A stretch of 64,000 bases of DNA, from positions 32,001-96,000 of the IMG/VR virus record IMGVR_UViG_3300025018_000101. One strand, 5' to 3'. Origin of the DNA: a virus. Position numbers and translations under genes: made by a program. The notes below the pieces were generated by a model that had not been told where the DNA came from, searched no databases, and saw only the letters and a program-made list of their open reading frames with translations. Every line of letters begins with the position of its first letter. Positions within the stretch are counted from its first letter, which is position 1. This document shows positions 55,582-64,000 of the stretch, one piece after another.

Positions 55582-56331
55582 ATGCACAAGTACATCGAGA
55601 ATCGCCTGCAGGGCGCGCTCAGCCTCACCATCCGGGCCATGGACCGTTCTGGCATCGACCGCGAGGTCGAGCTTACGCTCGGGTCACGGAACACGGTCTC
55701 GGCCCTGGCGCGCCTGGACGCGGTGCTGGCCGATACGCCGACCGTCCGCAACCTCGCCGTGCTCGGGAGGGTTCGCGTGATGAACGACGAAGCCGGTGCT
55801 CAGCGCCTGGCGGAGCTGAGCGCACCGCAGGCTGTCCCAGGGCGCGGGCGCGGGGCTGCGCCTGCCGTATGGGAGGCCGAGAAGGCCGAGCTCACGGGCG
55901 TCGTCCGGACGCAGGGGACCCGGCTCACCGAGCTCCAGGCCGAAGTGGCACGCCTGTCGGAGGCGCTCGCGGAGAAGTCTGACGCCTTGAGGTCCCTGAC
56001 CGAGGCTCCGACGAGGCCCGAGACCGAGCCCGCGCCCGAGCCCGCGCCCGAGCCCGAGCCCGAGCCTGCGCCTGCGCCTGCGCCTGCGCCTGCGCCTGAG
56101 CCCGCGCCTCCCCTGTACACCCCGGTCGTGGACGACCGGCCCGACCCTGCCGCGGCGGCCGCGGCAACCACGCGCCCGTCCTGGGCCGTGACCCCCGAGG
56201 AGTTCAAGCAGTTGTCGATGGCTGAGATGCGCGCCATGGCGGCCGAGCACGACATCGACATCCCGCTCGGCAGTAAGGCTGCGGCCTCCGAGGGCTACGA
56301 CGCCTGGTACGGCCCGCGAGGCCAGGCGTAG
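55582..56331 (+). CDS. Hypothetical protein with (PE/PA)n linker and small C-terminal helical domain
   Basis: GGAGG RBS; coiled coil; C-terminal LSMAEMRAMAAEHDIDIP is Rho-N/HeH-like. Confidence 0.65.
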   Translation: MHKYIENRLQGALSLTIRAMDRSGIDREVELTLGSRNTVSALARLDAVLADTPTVRNLAVLGRVRVMNDEAGAQRLAELSAPQAVPGRGRGAAPAVWEAEKAELTGVVRTQGTRLTELQAEVARLSEALAEKSDALRSLTEAPTRPETEPAPEPAPEPEPEPAPAPAPAPAPEPAPPLYTPVVDDRPDPAAAAAATTRPSWAVTPEEFKQLSMAEMRAMAAEHDIDIPLGSKAAASEGYDAWYGPRGQA

Positions 56332-56385
56332 ACATCTCGGCGGGGGCGTGTCACACTGGTGCAGGTCTCTTGCCTGGAGCCGCCC

Positions 56386-56979
56386 ATGCCCGTCATGAGA
56401 ATCGCAGCGCTCGACAGCGTGAACCACCCTGGCGTGTCCTACCGCCTGACGGTGTACCGCCCCTCCGACGGGCTGTACCTGGACTTCGATGACGCCACGT
56501 TCAAGGCGTTCGTCGCCGTGGTGACGTCGTACCAGGCACTGCTCGAGGTCGCGGAGGCGCCGGGCGTCTGGGAGGTCGACTGGATGATTGAGGCTGGGAC
56601 GACGGACATCGTCGAGCTCTACGTCCACCAGACGCCGACGACGGAGCTCCACTCAGTCCGCAGTGTGGCGTTCAGCGCCGGCGAGCCCCTGGTCGACCTC
56701 GTACGACCAGAGGTCCTGCTCGGGACGCACTTCCGGTCGTTCGGTGCCTACCAGGTGGTGGACACGTCGGGCACGGCCGTGCAGGATGCCGTTGTCCGTG
56801 TATACGTGGCCGACGACTACAACGCGGACGCTGAGTCGGCGGTGCCTGTCGGCATGACGACCACCGACGCAGACGGATACTGGCTGGCTCCCGTCCCCGT
56901 GTCTGCGGGCCAGACGTACGTCATCCACGTCCACAAGCCCGCGGTCGTCGGCCCGGTCGCGACGACCGTGACGGTCTAG
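56386..56979 (+). CDS. Ig/transthyretin-like beta virion protein
   Basis: GGAG RBS; VQDAVVRVY...TTTDADGYW motif. Confidence 0.6.
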   Translation: MPVMRIAALDSVNHPGVSYRLTVYRPSDGLYLDFDDATFKAFVAVVTSYQALLEVAEAPGVWEVDWMIEAGTTDIVELYVHQTPTTELHSVRSVAFSAGEPLVDLVRPEVLLGTHFRSFGAYQVVDTSGTAVQDAVVRVYVADDYNADAESAVPVGMTTTDADGYWLAPVPVSAGQTYVIHVHKPAVVGPVATTVTV

Positions 56980-56989
56980 GGGGTAGCGC

Positions 56990-57475
56990 ATGCCCATCAC
57001 CGCACCCACGCTGGAACTCCCGGCCACGCTGCTGGCCGAGATCACCATCGCCGTCCAGGCGCTCCTCATGGACTACGGCCCGCGGAACAACCTCCTCCGC
57101 GTGCCGGAATTCGCGCCGTCGGACTACGCCGCGGCCGCAGTCCAAGTGCTGCGCGAGTTCAACCACGCCCCGCCGCAGCACATCCGGGCCACTTCCTTCG
57201 AGGAGGTGCCCGAGTACGTCCAGGTTGTCGGCACCGCGAAGTGGCTCCTGTTCGCGGCGATGACGAACAAGCTCCGCAACGCGGTGCAGATCTCTTCTGA
57301 CGACGACGAGGTCATCGGCCTCGACTCGCAGGGCCCCGCGTACCAGGGCTTGTTCGGGCAGCTCAGCCAGATGGCCGACAAGGCCGTCACGGACTACAAG
57401 ATCCAGCTCAACCTCAACAGCGCCTACGGCGGGATGGGATCGGGCTACGCGTACACCCTCAGGTCGAGGAACTAG
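56990..57475 (+). CDS. Head-tail adaptor (neck) protein candidate
   Basis: Helical, 161 aa; position downstream of the MCP. Confidence 0.5.
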   Translation: MPITAPTLELPATLLAEITIAVQALLMDYGPRNNLLRVPEFAPSDYAAAAVQVLREFNHAPPQHIRATSFEEVPEYVQVVGTAKWLLFAAMTNKLRNAVQISSDDDEVIGLDSQGPAYQGLFGQLSQMADKAVTDYKIQLNLNSAYGGMGSGYAYTLRSRN

Positions 57476-57478
57476 GAC

Positions 57479-58018
57479 ATGAGCATCGGTACCTTCAAGG
57501 CGACGGTCGGCGGCAACTTCGTGGAGCATCGCCTGGACAGCGGCCAGCAGTTCACCGGCGTGAAGTTCCCGCAGGGCGTGGGCGACAACGACATCTACGG
57601 CGCCACGGCGGGCATCACTCCGGTGCAGGAGGGCTTCATCTACCCGAAGCCCCTCGATGCGCTCGGGGCCCCCGCCGACGGCATGGGCCTGTTCGAACTC
57701 CTCGAGTTCTTCGGGTCGGACGCGCGTGCTCTCTCCGCCGTCTACGCCCACATCCGCGTGGCCGCCGGCGTGTCGTGGTCACTCTACCTGACGGACGGCC
57801 TCGGCGACGGCGACCCGGACACCACGGTTGATGACCCGACGTACGACGCTCTGCTGGCGTCGGGCACAGGGACGAGCATCATCTACGTGATGCGGCCGAT
57901 CACGCCCACGTCGTACATCCGCTTCAAGACCGACGCTGCCGTCGGTGTGGACGACGCCTACTGTCGCATCTGGTTCGCGGGCATCCTCTACGGTGCGTGG
58001 GGCTCACTGGCCCCGTAG
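57479..58018 (+). CDS. Hypothetical virion protein
   Basis: Operon context and codon usage. Confidence 0.65.
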   Translation: MSIGTFKATVGGNFVEHRLDSGQQFTGVKFPQGVGDNDIYGATAGITPVQEGFIYPKPLDALGAPADGMGLFELLEFFGSDARALSAVYAHIRVAAGVSWSLYLTDGLGDGDPDTTVDDPTYDALLASGTGTSIIYVMRPITPTSYIRFKTDAAVGVDDAYCRIWFAGILYGAWGSLAP

Positions 58019-58025
58019 GACGGAC

Positions 58026-58421
58026 ATGATCAAGCTGTCGGCCCCATCATCCTACATGAACCCCCGCATCACCGACCGGGACCTCCTGGTGCCCTACACC
58101 GAGCGGGGGGTCCGCGTCGCGGCATGGTGGAAGCAGGCAAGCGCGTCGAGCAAGGGCGCGATGCTCGACGTAGCCTCCCTGCTCCCGGGCGACGACCGCC
58201 TCATGAAGGCTGCCCACTACGTCCGGTGCGCGAGGGGCGATGCTCGGCGGGCCGCGGGGCTCGTGAAGGCTGCCGTGGCGCGAGCCGGTGCCCGGGAGTG
58301 CGACGACCACCTCGACCCGGAGGTCATCTCCGTGGAAGTGGACGACGACGACGACGACATCCATCGTGCAGATATGATGGGCGACGCCGACCCCGACGAG
58401 TACGAGGAGGACTACCCGTGA
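58026..58421 (+). CDS. K-x-A protein with acidic tail
   Basis: AGGA RBS; KQAS, KAAH, KAAV. Confidence 0.6.
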   Translation: MIKLSAPSSYMNPRITDRDLLVPYTERGVRVAAWWKQASASSKGAMLDVASLLPGDDRLMKAAHYVRCARGDARRAAGLVKAAVARAGARECDDHLDPEVISVEVDDDDDDIHRADMMGDADPDEYEEDYP

Positions 58422-59107
58422 CAGGATGGACCCCGCCGCCATCGGACCCGTACGAGGAGGCGTACCGCCGGGCCGCTATAGAGGACTTCATGGTAGCGTC
58501 CCCCGGCCCCGCGCCTCCCCCGCGGCACCCGTCCGCCCGGGAGTCGGCCGATGAAGTCGTGGCTCCCGCCAGGCGGGTGATGCGAACCGTCAAGCTGCTC
58601 GGGAAGCTCGGGGAGCATGCGGGCGGGTTCTCGGGCGACGTGCAGTTTGACATGGACAGGGCGCACGAGTTGCTCCGGGAGTCCGGGTCTGGACCGTCCG
58701 TCAACTCGTGGCGCAACGACGAGAACTCTCCCGCGTTCACCCAGCGCATGGTGCCCGGTGACACGAGCTCGAACATGGACACGTCGAGGGCAGCCCGCAC
58801 CGCGATCTCGCAGGGGTTTGACCTCGACGCCGATGGCGTGGATGTCTCGAAGACGGCGAGCTGGCGCAGGGGGTACGCGGCCGCGATGGCGGTGGCGTTC
58901 GGCAAGCTGGCCGATACGATGTCGGACCCGCTACGTGCGGGCACCGACGACCTCCGCCGGGGCGACGGGAGTGAAGAGCCGCTCGTCCCGGACCGCCGTG
59001 TAGTGGCCAACCCCAACACGCGGATGAGCACGTCACAGGCCCTGCGCAGCATCGACAACACGCCCTCGTGCAGTGACGACCCTCCCATCGAAGAGCCACT
59101 GCCGTAG
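58418..59107 (+). CDS. K-x-A protein
   Basis: GTGA overlap with GGAGG RBS; KTAS, KLAD. Confidence 0.6.
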   Translation: MTGWTPPPSDPYEEAYRRAAIEDFMVASPGPAPPPRHPSARESADEVVAPARRVMRTVKLLGKLGEHAGGFSGDVQFDMDRAHELLRESGSGPSVNSWRNDENSPAFTQRMVPGDTSSNMDTSRAARTAISQGFDLDADGVDVSKTASWRRGYAAAMAVAFGKLADTMSDPLRAGTDDLRRGDGSEEPLVPDRRVVANPNTRMSTSQALRSIDNTPSCSDDPPIEEPLP

Positions 59108-59114
59108 GAGCACC

Positions 59115-60044
59115 ATGCCGACGCCCGCGATGGTACAGGTCATGCGCTACTCCGTGAACAGGGTGTACCTCCTGTGGACGGTGGTCGGCGTCACGCCGCA
59201 GACGCCCTCGACGACGTTCACCGTCCAGAGGTCACCTACGGGGCACTCAGACTGGGAGACGCTGGCGGAGGGCGTGGATGCCGCGCTCTGGATCGATGAG
59301 ATGGTCGGCGACATCAACATCCTCTCGGCATCCAGGTTCCTGGTCTACCGCGTGGGCCTTGAGGGCGCCGGGCCCGCAGCCGCGACCATCTGGAGCGCGC
59401 CCATGGACCTGACGTCGACGACACCACAGACGTGGGTGTCGAGCTCGACCGACGGTATTCAGATCGATGACGACACACAGGGCGAGCCGTCGCCGGAGGG
59501 TCCCTTCTACGCGCGTCCTGCGCGTGACGCGCGCATCGAACGCATCGCGGCCATTCGTGGCCGCAGGCACGCCTTCTACCTCGACAGGTACGTCGGGGAC
59601 CGCGTGGCGGTGCTCAAGCGCAAGCGCTTCGGGACGCGGTGCCCGGACTGCTACTCGCCCCACGCCAGGGTCGGCGTCATTGGCAAGTGCTGGACGTGTT
59701 ACGGCACGACGTGGACTGGCGGCTACCACACGCCTCTGATCACCGCAGCGCGCGTCCGCGAGCAGCCGGCCCAGCAGGCGCTGCAGCAGGACGGCGCGAT
59801 GAACGTCCGCCAGGCGCAAGTGTCGATGGTGGCGTTCCCCTGGCTCGAGGTGGATGACGTGGTCGTGGAACTCGAGACCGACAAGCGCTGGCGCGTCCTG
59901 GCGTCGGATGAGCGCGTCCTGCACAGCAGGCGCTACAAGCAGAGCCTGACCGTGCAGGAGATCCCTCGGAGCGCGGTGGAGTACAGGGTGCGCGCCCACG
60001 GCGACGGAGCAGGCATCCTCCTGTTGGACGGGGTGCTCCCATGA
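59115..60044 (+). CDS. Neck/head-closure-like protein with FN3-like N-terminus and Zn finger
   Basis: AGGAG RBS; RCPDC...CWTCYGTTWTGGY; beta-barrel-like C-terminus. Confidence 0.55.
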   Translation: MPTPAMVQVMRYSVNRVYLLWTVVGVTPQTPSTTFTVQRSPTGHSDWETLAEGVDAALWIDEMVGDINILSASRFLVYRVGLEGAGPAAATIWSAPMDLTSTTPQTWVSSSTDGIQIDDDTQGEPSPEGPFYARPARDARIERIAAIRGRRHAFYLDRYVGDRVAVLKRKRFGTRCPDCYSPHARVGVIGKCWTCYGTTWTGGYHTPLITAARVREQPAQQALQQDGAMNVRQAQVSMVAFPWLEVDDVVVELETDKRWRVLASDERVLHSRRYKQSLTVQEIPRSAVEYRVRAHGDGAGILLLDGVLP

Positions 60045-61180
60045 CCGAGCCCTACATCCACAACCACAGCGCTCTCTGGCTCACCGGGGCCTTCGTGGCC
60101 TTCCTCAGGGAGCGCTTCTCGATCAAGAACGCCACGCCGTGGGTGGCCTTCGACGACCTCAACAACCCCGGCCAGGTGCTCACCGGCAGAGACGGACTGC
60201 CGTACGAGGCCATCCCGCTGTACATCATCACCGAGTTCGACTCCTCGACCGAGACCGACAACCTCTACCCTCGCATCGTCGTCACTGCGGGGCAGGACAT
60301 CGGAGGCCGGCACGAGGTGATCGGCGACCTGGGTGTGGCCGACTTCACGCCGTTCCGGACCGGAGAGCGGACGAAGTGGGGCACGTCGGAGCTGGACATC
60401 GAGTTCCACGTCTACGGGGAGGAGCTCGGCGAGGCCCGGTACATCTCCGAGATCGCAGGCAACGCGGTTCGGATGACGCAGCAGTCCATCACGGAGAAGT
60501 TCACGCTCCGGGACCTGACGCCCGTGGTGGTGCAGGCCCCGCGCCCGGACGCGATGGGCAAGTGGATGGGCGCGGTCAGCATGCGCCTCTTCAAGGAGGA
60601 CCGCTGGTTCACCATCCCTGACGCCAGTCGGCTCCAGAGGCTGGCGACGGTCATCGACATGGACAACGTCGTCGCTCAGACCAACGCGTCGCTGCGCGAG
60701 GTCGGGCGGGTCTCGGTAGGGTTCCCACGGTCCGCACCAGACGACCCAAGCTCCGGGGGAGGCGTCTACCCGCCGTCGTCTGCTGCGGCCGCCGCTGTCG
60801 ATACCCTCGACCTCGTCGCCGCGGTCGACATTGGGGCGGGGCGCCTCGTCGCCGTCGACGTGGCGGGCAAGGCGGCCCTGGCTTCAAACCTCGACGGCGA
60901 CAACCTGTGGCGTATCGTAGGGGTCGCCATCGACGCAGCCCTGCCCGGCCAGACGACGCGCGTTCACACGATGTTCTCCGCCGTACCTGTCACTTTCCAG
61001 GCCGCTCCGGCTCTCGGGACGGCCGGCAGCTACGTCTATGCGGACACGGATGGATTTGCTACATTGACCGCGCCATCCGACCCCGGGACGGTCGTCGTTC
61101 GCGTGGGTGTACTGCTCGACCCAGATGGTGCGGAGACCTCTCCGCGCGTGTTGTTCCAGCCCCTGGTGCCGTTGACATGA
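60041..61180 (+). CDS. Tail terminator/completion-like protein with C-terminal beta domain
   Basis: Directly before the sheath gene; YPRIVV motif; C-terminal cement-like IVGVAIDAALPG. Confidence 0.5.
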   Translation: MTEPYIHNHSALWLTGAFVAFLRERFSIKNATPWVAFDDLNNPGQVLTGRDGLPYEAIPLYIITEFDSSTETDNLYPRIVVTAGQDIGGRHEVIGDLGVADFTPFRTGERTKWGTSELDIEFHVYGEELGEARYISEIAGNAVRMTQQSITEKFTLRDLTPVVVQAPRPDAMGKWMGAVSMRLFKEDRWFTIPDASRLQRLATVIDMDNVVAQTNASLREVGRVSVGFPRSAPDDPSSGGGVYPPSSAAAAAVDTLDLVAAVDIGAGRLVAVDVAGKAALASNLDGDNLWRIVGVAIDAALPGQTTRVHTMFSAVPVTFQAAPALGTAGSYVYADTDGFATLTAPSDPGTVVVRVGVLLDPDGAETSPRVLFQPLVPLT

Positions 61181-61236
61181 CGCGCAGGGCCTGAGTCTGA
61201 AGAAGCACCGACCTCGCGAGGGCGTCTCCTGCCTTG

Positions 61237-61265
61237 TTGCACCCGCAGCGGCTATGGCGTATCCT
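61237..61265 (+). promoter_or_regulatory. sigma70-like promoter of the tail operon
   Basis: TTGCAC-17 nt-TATCCT. Confidence 0.6.
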
Positions 61266-61306
61266 CCTGCGAGGAGCCGTAGACCGCCCACGAGGAGTCA
61301 TTCGCC

Positions 61307-64000
61307 ATGGCCATCACACGTCCCAAGGTCCGAGTGTTCGAGGCGTTCGCCGCGACGACCCCCATCGTGGCAACGCCCACCCTGGCGGCCTTCCTGGTTG
61401 GCCCTGCCTACCACATCGCCGACTACGACAACGCCGACCTCCAGGCGTCGTTGTTGATCGGCACGTACGGGGACGCCTCGGCGGCCAGCGACGGCGCTCA
61501 GAACGGCCGCCCCCTGCCGGCGTCCACCGCGATCACCGTGGCCGACCCGCCCGCCAACGCCATCGGAGCGCTGCTCGACGCCGCCAGCGTGCAGATCGTC
61601 CTCGAGGACCCGATGGTCGAGCTCGACACGGGAACCGACGGTGTCCGGACGAACACGTCCCCTGACGAGGACCTCTTGACGTGCGCCTCGGCGACCTTCG
61701 TCACGACCGGCGTCCTCGCTGGCGACCGCGTCGTCCTCACCGACGACGCCGGTGACACCGTCGTGAAGTTCGTCAACACGGTCGTCTCCGAGACCTCGAT
61801 TCGCCTGCGGTCGAACCTGCTCTCGTCCGAGCTCTCCGGCTCGCTGACGGGCATCTTCTGGCGCATCGAGCGCGCGGTCGCCACCGACGTGGCCCCGGAC
61901 AGCTTCGTGGGCGTGTCCGGCCAGACGGTCTACCTGTACGGCGGCCTGACGCTGAGCGTGGACGTGAACGGCGACGGCGTGGACGAGACGGTGTTCGTGG
62001 CCTCGGCTTCGGCCTACGTCCAGTACCGGTCGCTGCGCCAGGACCTGGCGGATGTCAACGAGGTCTCCTCGGTGGGCGACATCCTCGCCAACGTCGGCAA
62101 CATTGATGAGCGGAATCCCATGGCAGTGGCGCTGTCCATCGCGCTGGCCAACTCCGGCACGACGGTGAAGTACTACGGCAGCACGTCGGACACGGGGGTG
62201 GGCGCCGAGAGCCTCCTCACGGCGCACACGCAGGCCAAGGACGCGATCGAGAGCCGGGACGACATCTACGCCATCGTGCCACTGACGGGCGACCTGTCGG
62301 TGCTGGGTATGTGGAAGACCTCCGTACTGTCCCAGTCGGACCCTGACCAGAGCAACTTCCGCGTCCTCATCGGTTCGGCCGAGGAGCTCCCGACGGACCT
62401 TGAGGTGGCCGCGTCGTCGGCCACGGGTTTCGCCGAGGCCTACGGCGACGCGACCATCTTCGCTGCCACCGGTGCGGACTTCGAGACCTCGGGCGTGGCG
62501 GTGGGCGACGTCCTCGTGCTTCTTGAGAACCTGGCGGCCGACGTGGTCCTGGCCCCGGACGGCTACGAGCAGCACACGGTGGCCTCGGTCGTCCGCGGCA
62601 CGACGCTGCGCCTGCTCGCCGACGCTGGGCACACCGACATCCTGTCGACCCTGTACTACGTCCGCAAGCCTGCGCCTGCGACGCTGCTGAGCCTGGCTGC
62701 CTGCTACCTCGTCGAGGCGGCGGGCAACCTCGTGGTCCTCGGCATGGACAACGCCGTCTCGAGCCCCGACAGTTACGTCGGGCAGTACTTCACCTTCACG
62801 GGCGGCACGTTGGACACGTGGGACGGCGACTACCTGATCGTCGACGTCCAGGACGAGGTCGCTGCTTCCGTGACCTTCCTCAGCGGTGGGGCTGCGGAGA
62901 ATATCACGGCGACGGCCGTGACGGGTCAGGGTCTGGACGGTCTCGGCCTGTCGCTGGTGATCGACGCCACGGACCCGGACAAGGCTGCGGCCGCGGTCTC
63001 CGTGCTCGGCGACGTCGTCACGGTGGAGTGCGAGACCGCTGGCGGGGCTATCCTGACCACGGCGGACGAGCTCGTCACGCTGATCTCCGGCACTCCCCTG
63101 GCCGCGGCCCGCATGGTCATCACGACCGCGTCCGTGGGGACCCTCGCCGCGGGGGCCAACTCGCTCATCGGCGGCGCCAGTCCGGGCTTCACCGCGGTCG
63201 GCGTCACGGACGGACCGCTCGCCTCCGTCCCCCAGGAGGGCTCGGCGGTCATCAAGCGCACCGTGACGTCGGTCGTCGCGGACACGGTCACGGCCTTCCG
63301 GCCTCCGTATCGTCGCCTGCTCGACAACTCGGCCGCCTTCCAGTCCGGCGCCATCCCGGTCCAGGTCGGCGACCGCGTGGCGGTTCCTGCGGACGACACG
63401 TCGGACACCGTGCAGGTGGAGTCCATCATCTCGGACAACCGCCTGCTGTTGGACGCGTCCGATGAACTGCCGGTGGCGAGCCCGATGAGCATCACGACGC
63501 CTCAGGCCCTCGCGAGCTACAACGTGCTTCGCGCGCTGAGCAAGTCGCAGCAGGTGGACGCGGTCGCCGCGATCCCGGTCGACTTCTCGAGTCACCGCGC
63601 GGTGCTGATCTGGCCCCCGCTGGTGGACCTGGACGGTGTGACGAACGCCCGCACGGCCGAGGCGACGCCTCAGCCGGCGTTCTACCTCGCGGCCGCTGTG
63701 GGTGGCCTGGTGCAGGGCTTGCCGAGCCAGAAGCCGCTCACCTCGCTGGGGGTGAGCGGCATCTCGAAGCTGTACTACAGCAACTTCTACTTCAGTCGGA
63801 CGCAGATCGACACGATCCTGGCCGCGGGCTGGATGGTGTTCCAGCAGCGGACGGCGGCGGGTCAGCCGTACATCCTCCGCCAGGTCACCACCGACGTGTC
63901 CACGCTCGAGGCGGCCGAACTCTCGGTGGTCAAGAACTACGACTTCGTCGCGCTGGCCTACAAGGAGGGGCTCGACAAGTTCAAGGGCGGCCACAACATC
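61307..64000 (+). CDS. Contractile tail sheath protein (3'-partial; absent from the ORF track)
   Basis: GAGGAG RBS; starts MAITRPKVRVFE...FLVGPAY; open to the window end; sheath-like YLAAAVGGL...PLT...RQVTT...ELSVVKNYDFV. Confidence 0.85.
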   Translation, partial: MAITRPKVRVFEAFAATTPIVATPTLAAFLVGPAYHIADYDNADLQASLLIGTYGDASAASDGAQNGRPLPASTAITVADPPANAIGALLDAASVQIVLEDPMVELDTGTDGVRTNTSPDEDLLTCASATFVTTGVLAGDRVVLTDDAGDTVVKFVNTVVSETSIRLRSNLLSSELSGSLTGIFWRIERAVATDVAPDSFVGVSGQTVYLYGGLTLSVDVNGDGVDETVFVASASAYVQYRSLRQDLADVNEVSSVGDILANVGNIDERNPMAVALSIALANSGTTVKYYGSTSDTGVGAESLLTAHTQAKDAIESRDDIYAIVPLTGDLSVLGMWKTSVLSQSDPDQSNFRVLIGSAEELPTDLEVAASSATGFAEAYGDATIFAATGADFETSGVAVGDVLVLLENLAADVVLAPDGYEQHTVASVVRGTTLRLLADAGHTDILSTLYYVRKPAPATLLSLAACYLVEAAGNLVVLGMDNAVSSPDSYVGQYFTFTGGTLDTWDGDYLIVDVQDEVAASVTFLSGGAAENITATAVTGQGLDGLGLSLVIDATDPDKAAAAVSVLGDVVTVECETAGGAILTTADELVTLISGTPLAAARMVITTASVGTLAAGANSLIGGASPGFTAVGVTDGPLASVPQEGSAVIKRTVTSVVADTVTAFRPPYRRLLDNSAAFQSGAIPVQVGDRVAVPADDTSDTVQVESIISDNRLLLDASDELPVASPMSITTPQALASYNVLRALSKSQQVDAVAAIPVDFSSHRAVLIWPPLVDLDGVTNARTAEATPQPAFYLAAAVGGLVQGLPSQKPLTSLGVSGISKLYYSNFYFSRTQIDTILAAGWMVFQQRTAAGQPYILRQVTTDVSTLEAAELSVVKNYDFVALAYKEGLDKFKGGHNI

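Noticed and set aside
61298-63994. 898-aa minus-strand ORF
   Set aside because: Antisense shadow of the plus-strand sheath gene caused by high GC3; no RBS and no protein-like motifs.
1-64000. Stop-codon reassignment
   Set aside because: Conserved genes are intact under code 11, and TAA, TAG and TGA all end genes with tight coupling.

Overview
A 64-kb, roughly 70%-GC segment of a large contractile-tailed (myovirus-like) dsDNA phage. No host housekeeping genes, integrase or att site are visible. Gene content: end of a tail-fibre-like gene; GpA-type terminase; an inverted replication operon (UDG-like/family-A DNA polymerase, CHC2-TOPRIM-P-loop primase-helicase); portal; SNF2-like helicase; a phage two-barrel RNA polymerase (beta fused to N-terminal beta', carrying a LAGLIDADG intein, plus a separate C-terminal beta' gene); many Ala/Gly-rich head proteins; an HK97/assemblin-type prohead protease; capsid, neck and tail sheath genes. 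Four patterns stand out. (1) A K-x-A motif takes up most lysines of several head-region proteins and brackets repeated domains, suggesting a protease processing code that also tags the RNAP and helicase. (2) There are two classes of transcription signal: sigma70-like promoters (TTGnnn-17-TAnnnT) before structural, RNAP and replication operons, and a GGYAYAAG motif paired with hairpin+TTTAG terminators around small units. This suggests N4-like logic with a virion-packaged multisubunit-type RNAP. (3) Two of those units look like structured non-coding RNAs, one a hairpin array and one containing a minimal tRNA-like fold. (4) A 916-bp apparently exact tandem duplication. All family assignments come from motif recognition by eye, not database searches.
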